From the human T2T-CHM13v2.0 reference genome, Homo sapiens, in the NCBI RefSeq assembly GCF_009914755.1, contig NC_060937.1: a stretch of 64,000 nt of DNA, one strand, 5' to 3'. Every line of letters starts with the position of its first letter. Positions within the stretch are counted from its first letter, which is position 1. Both the position numbers and the translations under genes were made by a program. Below, piece by piece: positions 54,360-64,000 of the stretch. Under the pieces are notes generated by a model. That model had not been told where the DNA came from. It did not search any database and saw nothing but the letters and a program-made list of their open reading frames with translations.

Positions 54360-54887
54360 GACGAAGGGAGGGAAGAAAAATTTATCGCTTATTAAAATGC
54401 TCCTGTTTACAGAAAGCTCAGTTAAGAAGTCTGTGCTGCTCTTATTATAGATTATAAACAGTGTTGATTATAAACACTGTTTATAGCAAATTTATCTGTT
54501 CATTGAACTGAGAGCTAAAGCTGCATTCGTCAGGTGAGCACGAGTGACGTGAGATAAGATTATGTGTGGGAGCTCCTATAGCAATACAAGGCTGATGCAT
54601 GCATCCAGGTTTCTTATTTTCTTCTTAAACTAGCTTTCAATTTACTTACTTTGTTTTAATGTCAAATTGATGTTTAATGAGTCATTGTAAATTTATAAAG
54701 AACCAAAGCCTCTTTTGTGTCAGGAAAAAGACTTATTCACTGACTTTGATCTAAACAATGCTAAATGTTCTTTCATAAAGTGTCATTTCTTTATCAGATT
54801 GAAAGGTTGCAGATAAATTTTGCATTATATATCTAGATATGGATAGAAGCAAACTTTCTTTGTTAAATTAAATTCAATAGGTCTTTA

Positions 54888-55165
<278 letters not shown>

Positions 55166-57269
55166 TGTTTTTAAGGATCCTCTCCAAGCTCTGGACAATA
55201 TGTGTTTATTCCTGAGAGACTTATGATAATCTTCAGAGAAAGAAGCTTTCCAGTGACTAAAAGTAGTTACTGTCGTAGGAAAGTAATTTTTGTAATCCCA
55301 GAAATAAAGGAAACTTACTTCGTTTCTACCCATCACAATCTAAAAATAATAACAAATAAAGCATCTTATGTGAAAGTAATTATAAACTTCTTCCTCAACC
55401 AATATTCTCACACATAAACCACCTTAACTACCTACAGAAACACTACACGCAGGGCCTGGAACAAACAGGGGCTATACAATGGAAAAAGTTCAAATAGACA
55501 GCAGGTCTATACCCATGAATACATATGGGGATGTTTGTGTTGGGTGAGATTTGGCTTCTTATTTCCTCACCTATTTCCACCTCACACTTGCTTACTGTAC
55601 TACCCATACATTAGTCCTTCCCATTCAGGATTTGGGGAGTATCTTAGATGAATGAAAAAGGCTTCATAAATACATTTTCCCTTAGGATGAGAAAGAGAAA
55701 TGAAAACTATATCATTGTTCAAATTGGTTACAGATAGAATATAGTTATTTCTGTAACTGTCTAAACTCACCTAAAACTCATACCTCCAATTCTATCTCCC
55801 TTAACTAGTTCTAAAGAGAATTATGATCTACTTACCTCTATAAAATGCAGCATTCTTTAGATTTTAGAGATGCACAAAAATTCAGACATAGAGAATGTGT
55901 CTAATATTCAAATAACAGATCCAGACTGTTCTAACAACACAATCCAAGTAAACCATTAAAAAAAAAAACTGGTCTGTTCATTCACAGCAAGAAGATGTTT
56001 CCAGCTGATGTGTTTGATTGAGCTAGCTGATAAGTTTTATTACTCTCATGTAGACAATGAAACAAATGCCTAATGGGGAAAATTGCATTGAGTCTAACTT
56101 GGAAGCAAAGTTGGCCTCTGGCTAGCGAATGTGTCCAACTGGGAAAACTAGTTTCAATCCTTTATAAGGCCTAAAATGTAAAGCAAGAAAGAAAGACAGA
56201 AGATGGATATTTCATTAAGATAGATGAACTCAAAAAGAGCGGTGATGCAGAGAAAGTTAATAAGGAAAGTAGAGAATAAGTGGTGTTCCAATTATTACCA
56301 GCATAAAGCAAATTGCTCAGGGGCCCATAAATCTGTTCAGGTTCAATCCCCCATGCTTAACCAGATGATCTGCCTGGGTCTGTGCACAAGCATTTTACCC
56401 CACTCTCTTCATTTATCTCCTCTTGAACTGAAAGATACTTTCCATTCAGTGTTAAGGTTTCTGGCTAAAATCATTCTACTATAAAAACACTTATTAAAGC
56501 ACCCTTTGAATGGTTTTCAAAAATAAAAATAAACAAAAAAAAAAACAAAGAATCTCTATTAGGACAAAGAAACATATTTAGAAATGCTTCAGCTAAAGTC
56601 CTACAGAGCTTCACTTTTCCTGTAGTACTAATATTTTTAGACAACGTGAAAATGAATATATATTATCTATAATAGAACATCAAGTAAGAATACATTATTT
56701 CCCCCCTCTTTATGTAATTGTACCCATCCCAATACCCATCTGGCTCTTTCATGGGACATTTTTTGTCACAGACATAGGCATTCTCTTTTTTTAAGTCATG
56801 TGAGGATACTTTTATCAACCCTCCCTCTAAAAATCTATCCTACTTTCATTTATCTAATATAATAAAGGTAGTATGCCTGTGATCTTATTACAAAATAATT
56901 AAGAATATATGCTATAGGGATTTGCTGTTGGGTAAGAAAGACAGTACAACAGTTGAGTTGCCTTCGTTACTAAATGTGTGATCTCTCTTAGTCATAATTT
57001 CTTCTTTTCAAACAATGGAAGCAATAAGCATTGCTACCTTGTCTGTTATGAAAATTAAAGTATCTATTGTGAATAAGGAACACTGGGTCCAGCCCATGGC
57101 AAGTATTCAATAAAGTACCTTAATTATTTCTATGACTACTTAGAAATAATACAAGATTTCTAATATTGATCTACCACTTTCAGGATTTGGATTCACTTTA
57201 TTAAAAATTAAATTGAAAACACCTATCATTTCTTGTTATTAAATAATTCACATTTTTTCTCTTTAAATG

Positions 57270-59110
57270 AAACCCCCCTGCCACCTGTCATTTCTCCAAG
57301 CTTCCATATCTTCTCCTCCCTTTCAGAATCAATTTTCTTGAAAAAACTCTTTGTTCCTTCTCCATTTCTTTCACTCCAATTTTCTGTTCAATTGGCTGTA
57401 TGCCAGGTGGATTTTGCCACTTTGTTGAAATTTATCTCCCAAGAGGCTCTTTACCAAATCGAGTTAATTTATCAGCCTTTACTTTACTTTTATCTTGACA
57501 GCTTTTGACACTTTGACCCTCTTTCCTTTGTTGATCTCTTTGATAACACTGTCTTTCCATTTCACTCCTCACCCCATTCCTCTGCCCATCTCTGAAGATA
57601 CAACCTTACAATCTTACTTCTGTGCATAATGCTTGAATATTGGTGTTGATTCCCCTATGTTGTTGTCTCTCTCCATTGTCCTCTCATAACCTCTTGCAGG
57701 CAAGCGTTCAAATACTATTTGTTACCAGTTACCACTGATGGTCCTGAAATCTCTGTTTTCAGACAGTAAAACATACTACTTTGCTAACACTGGACCTTTC
57801 AACTTGGATATATGCCAGTTGCTTCAATCTCAGCATGTCCAAAATTGAGCCCAGTGCATATAATAATTGCTCAATAAACATTTGAAGGCTGATGACTACA
57901 CAATTTTTTTCAAAATGTCCAAATTGAACCCATGATTTCTAACCTCCACTCCTAAGATCAATCTTCTGTGTATGTTGCCCTGCTCAATAAGGGAAAGCAA
58001 TACCTGCCCAACTGCCCAAGCCTGGCATGGAAAACATCTTTGAAACATCCATCTCACTGTACAATATACAAACAGGCACTAAATGCTATTGACTTTAAGT
58101 ATCTCCCAAGGTTGTCCTTTTCTTCTCTACCTCACTTACTGCAGATGATATTATGTCTTGAATTCTTACTGCTCCCATCTCCTACCTTACCTATCTGTAT
58201 ACCAAGAGAGATCTTGCTGAGATCACTAAGATGGGGAAAAAGATACTGTGAAAGTTAAAGGTCAAACTAAAATATGTTAGAATTCCATTTTCACCCTGCA
58301 GTTGTACAATGTTTGGCAAATCACTTACTTCTTTATGTCTCAAGTCTTTCAACTGTAAAATAAGGGTCAATAATATATTGGAAAGAATAAATGAGATATT
58401 TAGCACACAATAACTATTTATCTAACATCCAAAAACTATTTCTTACTATTGTGATTTCTGCATTTGATTATGTCAACTGTTTACAATAATAATGTTGGTG
58501 TGTTCCCACTGCAACTTAGAAAAATGTCTACATTTTCTTAGTTTATAATTTGCCTCTTCATAACTTGAGCCTTGAATACTGTGTTCATTTTTGTCTGTGT
58601 ATGTAGTAGCAGCCACATCCAATGTTTTAAACTCCTCTTAAGTGCCACTCTTATTCACCCCAGGTCTCTGCGTATGCTGTTGCATTTTCCTGAATCACCT
58701 TTCCCCTTTTCTTTGTCATTTAAGTTCTACTGGATTTAGAACTTTTAGATCTCATCTTAAACATGTTAATGCTAGGAAACATTTGCTGTATGAGGATTTT
58801 GTGCCAAACATTGAGTAAAGATTTACACAAATAATTTCATTTTTAAATTCCTCAAAACCACCTCATCCAGGAGAAAGACTTTCCTGAGCTCAAACAGAAT
58901 GACAAATCAGTATCCTGGCTATAAAAACTCTTGATACCCTATACTTACCAAAAATAAAACAATGCAAAGGCTTACTTAATTTTCCTTCCAGTTCTACTGT
59001 AAAGTCCATGAGGACAAAAATGTTAAATATAAACTTGTGCATTTATGCTTATATCCCCCAATTAAACACAGTTGTGGAACATAATAATTGCTCAATAAAC
59101 ATTTGAAGAG
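57270..59110 (+). mobile_element. Fragmented L2 (3' part) with an internal MIR at about 58225-58450
   Basis: ttcaacttggatatatgccagttgcttcaatctcagcatgtccaaaattga, caggtctctgcgtatgctgttgcattttcctgaa and 3' end gctcaataaacatttgaa. Confidence 0.65.
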
Positions 59111-59129
59111 TGTGGCTACATAGTTGATT

Positions 59130-59310
59130 ATTACTATGTCCTAGGCACTGTGTTGGGTTGGCATTTTTTTTAGCCACTCGGAATTAGTAAAATTTCTGTT
59201 TTACAGAGGTGGAAACTGAGGTTTAGAGAGGTCACCTAGTTATTGTTCAATGCCCATAGTAGTTGTCAGAGCCAGTGTTCACTTTCAGAATTGTCAGACC
59301 CAAAGTTCCA
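59130..59310 (-). mobile_element. MIR
   Basis: ctgttttacagaggtggaaactgaggtttagagaggtcac is the reverse MIR core. Confidence 0.75.
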
Positions 59311-61899
59311 TGTAGAAATTTTATTCTTTTTAATTTAAACATCTGCACAACTAATCTTTGTGATGGGATCATTCAGACTTAAATAGTTAAAGGTGCTTGT
59401 CATAGAGTCAGTGGCTGTGATTGATCCATAGCAATGTATTCACAGACCATCAGCCAATACATATTCCGTACACAACTGCTCAATGACTATGAAGTGCATT
59501 GCTAGAGTAACTAGCTTATAGGTCAAATCAAGACTACAGGGACTATATCCTAACAAACCAGGTTAAGCACAAACAGATTTCTAGTGTTAACCACTTTTTA
59601 TTTAATTTATAATAATTACTGGCATTAAATCTAGTTTTTATGCCTGTCATACTCTATTAGAATTGAAGCTAGCAATAAGAGAAGTTTTCATAAGGTCATC
59701 ATTTATGAAGTAAATATTGTACAGATTATCTGTAAATAAGGGTTGTTATTTTGGAGAGAAATTATTTAAAAAATCACCTAGGCTACACCATTTTTCTGTT
59801 CAATTTCTTGGGTGTGTTATCATTACTTCTCTTGGGAATTTCATATTTAAAACTATTTCAAAGTCAAGGTTAAGGGTAAGGGAAAAGAGAAGTAGAACAG
59901 AAAGGCAAATATTGATTGCAATATAGACTCAAAACTATAGTTGGCTAAGAAATGTATGATCTGTATTTCAGGTACCCAAGGTAACTCCAACCTAAAGTTT
60001 ATACACTTTTGCATATATAGTCAATTCTTCATCTAGATTAGAACTTTTAAATCACCAAATGACCAGTAGAAAATATCTCTTAGAATTTTTTCTACAAAAT
60101 TTGATTGCCTTGGAAGGTAGATGAAAGAGCTAATGACTATTTTATTTAAGTGTGATATACTGAGATGCTTTTCAACTATCTGTAATATATCCTAGAAGAT
60201 CAGTTTTATCTCCTTAATTATGTATATTTTCTGCTTTATTGTATGTAATGGAAAATGAAAGAATAGACTGGCTGCAGAGCTTGAAGCCTGCAAGTTTTAA
60301 CTCACAAATGCAATCTGTAGGCTATGTCGCTAGCGCCAATTTTGAGGATTTTTTTTTTTACAGTTACACCATTTTATAAGTATTATGAGTCAAAGCTTTT
60401 ATTATCTCCAAATCTGCCAGTGAAGCTCACTGTTGGGCTCCTGTATGGCTCACTGAAAGACATGGTTCTGCTGTTATTATAGGATGCCTCCCACTCCAGG
60501 AGTCACTTGTATTAAATCAAACCATCACATTATTTATATCTTCAAGTTCCCTAATTCACTTTTTGTTATTGATTTTTGGATTTTGCTTTTGACCTGTAAG
60601 ACTCTGCATGGCCTATGTCCATTTAAAATAACTATTCAAAATTCCCTGGTTGGTCTTCACGAGCGGAGCCAACTTTGTGAGCTGCTCCTAAGTCTTGTGT
60701 CATTGTGATTACCCTCTAGGCTTTTCTATCTATTGCTCCTTCTACCTTCAGAATTAATAGATTGGGAAGATTAGGTCAATTGGCATTTCTGAGGCAAGTC
60801 TGAATTAATTTTCTTTGGCTTGTCTTGTTGAATTTCACACTCCCTGAACATTTCTCACTGATAAGCAGATTATGATGCTGGCTCATGTTCAGGGATAGCA
60901 ATCCAAATGTATTTACAGAGTTGTATTGTTACCTTTTAGCACCATCAACTGCAATAAGCATTATCGTTTATAAAGTTAAAGCTCTTCATTTTAAATCTGT
61001 GTCAAGAGGCTAATATAACTGTGATTTTAATTACTAAAAATCAATTTCAAATTAATGTGAAATTTAACAGTGGGAGATGTGTCGGAACCCAGAGACAATC
61101 AGCTTGGCCTTTACCTTAGGTGCGGTCCTCTATAAAAGGCATTAACATAATGCTGGTTTTCTAGATCAGTGGCTTTCAAACTAGTGTCTATGAAAAGCTT
61201 AAGTCAAAAGAGGAGTTCCTGGGGATTTATTATTGAAATTTAAGTCATGGTAAATCAAACTTGCATATAGTGCAAATAATTTTTTTTCAACTTTCTACTT
61301 AAAGCAGCTGCATAGGGAGAATAATCATAAGAAGCTATCGGTCTTAGTTTTTAGGAAATCATTGGTGTCATTAAGCAGAGCGATTTCATAAGCCGTAGAG
61401 GAAATTCATATCACAGGAGGTTCAGGAGAGAGAGGAGAGAGGAATGGGTAGAAAAATCACACAGACCGTTTTCAAAATATGTTTGTGAAATGAATATCAA
61501 GACAACTAGAAAGCAGGGAAGGTTAAATTATTTTCTAACTTGCTAAGATGGTATGACATAATAATGCTTTGTAGGTACAGTGTAATGGAGGTGATACAAA
61601 GTTCTGTGCACATATCCTAAACATGGAAAGAATTTCAGTGGATGCCAGCTCTATAAGTGGATATGAAATCAAAGCAAAGTAAGTGAATCTTGGAAAGAAG
61701 GAGGGACAGTGTAATAGAGCTGTTTATTTAAAAATTACCAAATGGACACAAAAGTGACTAAAAATTAGGCCATAAAAAAAAACACCACTACAAAATAAGT
61801 TGTTTCTACAACCATTCTTCTCAAGATACAAGCAATACCTATCTTCCAATGGTTTATTCTCTGTCTTCTAACACCCTCGTGCCTCCTCAGCAACATTTA

Positions 61900-62650
61900 A
61901 ACAGCAAATCACCTTCTTTTCAGGAACATTTTCTTCACTTAATTTCTAGGACACTACAGTCCCCAGTCTGGCCTTCACCTGATTGACCAGTCCTTTGTGT
62001 CCTGTGGTGGTTCCTCTCCTCCTGCCTCTGAATGTGGGCATGGCTCAAGGCTCTGCCCCTGGATCTCTTCTTTCACTTGTTACCAACATCAGTTTCAAGT
62101 TTCAGGGCATTTAAACAACACAGTGATGGGTCTCAAATATGTATATCCTGCTATATCCTCCTTCTCAGGACTCATAAGTTAAACTACCTCCATAATATTT
62201 CTATTTAGATGCCTAGTAGACATTTTAATCATCCTGCCTAAAACAGGACTCTCAGTTTTTCACCTGAATATGTTCCAGACCTAAATTTCCCAATTTCCCC
62301 TGTCATTAAAGTGAAAAAACATGGAGTTGAGAGGTTAGACACAAATCTTCTCTTTCCTTCACACCCCAACATCTAATCTGTCTACAGGCCATATGGGCTG
62401 TAACACATATGCAGTACATATCCAAAATCTCACCATTCTTTACCACCTTTTTTCGCTATATCTTAGTCCAAACTATCATTATATGTATTATTATTTCACT
62501 CTTTCCTCACTAAAGTCAGTTCTACACATAGTAATCGAAATGTTCTCTAAAAATAAAAAAAAATGAAAATCATAGGTCAGATTAAGGTATCCCTCTGCTG
62601 AAAACTGTAAGTCACTTTTCTTCCCACTTAGGATGCAATATAAATCTTTA
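61900..62650 (+). mobile_element. L2 fragment
   Basis: aatgtgggcatggctcaaggctctgcccctggatctcttct...ctacctccataatatttctatttagatgcctagtagacatttt...tatccaaaatctcaccattcttt. Confidence 0.65.
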
Positions 62651-64000
62651 CTGATTAAATCAACTGATCTCTGTTGAAAAATTTACACTGACAGTAAATT
62701 GTTACCACCCAGACTTAAGAAGCCATTGGGTGAAAGAAGTAGAATAGTGTTTACTAATTCTTCCTGGAAAAATTAGGAGATGGATAAAATTTATTCTGGG
62801 GTACCCTCTTCCTTTACATGCCACTCTGCCTGTCCCCAGGTGTTCTCATTATGCCATAAATTCTTCACTACTATTCCTAATTTCCATGGAATGTTGGAAG
62901 GATCAATGTAGGAAGGATCTAAATTCTAAAATTACTATCTTTTCAATCTCCTGAAAAAGGAAAATGAACAAGAATGGCCCTATTACCTTAGTGCAATTTT
63001 CTTAGCTAGGTGTTGGAAGGAATAATTGTAATTAATTAATCTATAGATTGTAAGGATTTCTATGACTGTTACTACTACTATAGACATTATCAATGATAAT
63101 AAAATAATCATAATAATTACTACTATTTTATGCCTGGCACTTTAAGTACTTCTGAACTTCACTACCAAACACTGCAAAAACTAAGGATCAGAGAGCCTAA
63201 AGTTTTGCCCCCAAACTAGAAAGTAAGCAACTGTCAGGAATCAAATCTATTTCTACCACGTCCAACCATGGACTCCTAACTATTAAGAAAAAAAACACAA
63301 AACTAAGCATGTGAAGTGGAATTTGGGGTAGTGTAGGTAAATATATTTTTGAAAAAGTCTGCTATGAATTGGCTCCCTTTCAAGTTCCTGCATTCACAAG
63401 TCTGCTTCCTGTCTTTTCTTTTGAATCTATAACTTCAAACTATGACTCCAAATTTATCTGTAACTCCAAATATCTCAGCTGCTATTTTTATTATGTTTCT
63501 CTTGGGTCTTTGAGATATGGTTAAAGCAGAGTACTCAGAAAAGTGTGAATAAAGACAATCAGTTTAATTACAACACTTTTGTATATTATACATTTTATTT
63601 TTTAAAAAATCAAAACCAAAAAACCAAATAAGATATGATGAATGTTGTTTAAGGTAAAGGACCAATGGTGTTTAAGCAATGTTGATATTTTTTACTTTTA
63701 TAATGAAAGATCACTGTTATATTTTAAAATAATAATTTAAGAAAATTTGGAAAAACACTTTCAATGATTAGAAAATAAGATTTAACCTGTTTACGACTGA
63801 GGTTGCAATGTTTTGAATTTTTGCATGAAATTTACATGTGTTACCTAGAAAAATTCAAGGAACAAGAATTTAAAAAGAAAAAAAATATTATGTCCCTTTG
63901 GTGAGTTACGTGGCATTCCAATAATGGAACACTAGGCATATTAAGATGCAGATTTGCAGTAAATTTTCAGACATATTTGCAAATCGTCCTATGATCATTC

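Overview
AT-rich, CpG-poor primate (probably human or ape) non-coding DNA, either deep intron or intergenic. I found no credible protein-coding exon, RNA gene, CpG island or prokaryotic-type system. The long ORFs in the track come from Alus, microsatellites or LTRs. The window holds about 16 Alu copies or fragments (one nested), three ERV1 solo LTRs (LTR15-like, MER61, LTR1), an MLT1A LTR, a full-length Tigger3a/MER7A, a short L1PA 3' end, ancient MIR/L2/L3 fragments and several STRs. Repeat families were assigned from remembered consensus sequences, not from a search. The most notable signal is a recurring set of small templated rearrangements: fold-back inverted copies of adjacent sequence, short tandem duplications and copies taken from 1-2 kb away. 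The clearest is an L1 whose 5' junction carries a perfect 24-bp inverted copy of its own target site. These look like DNA-repair or template-switch scars, and I cannot support a claim of a new biological system.
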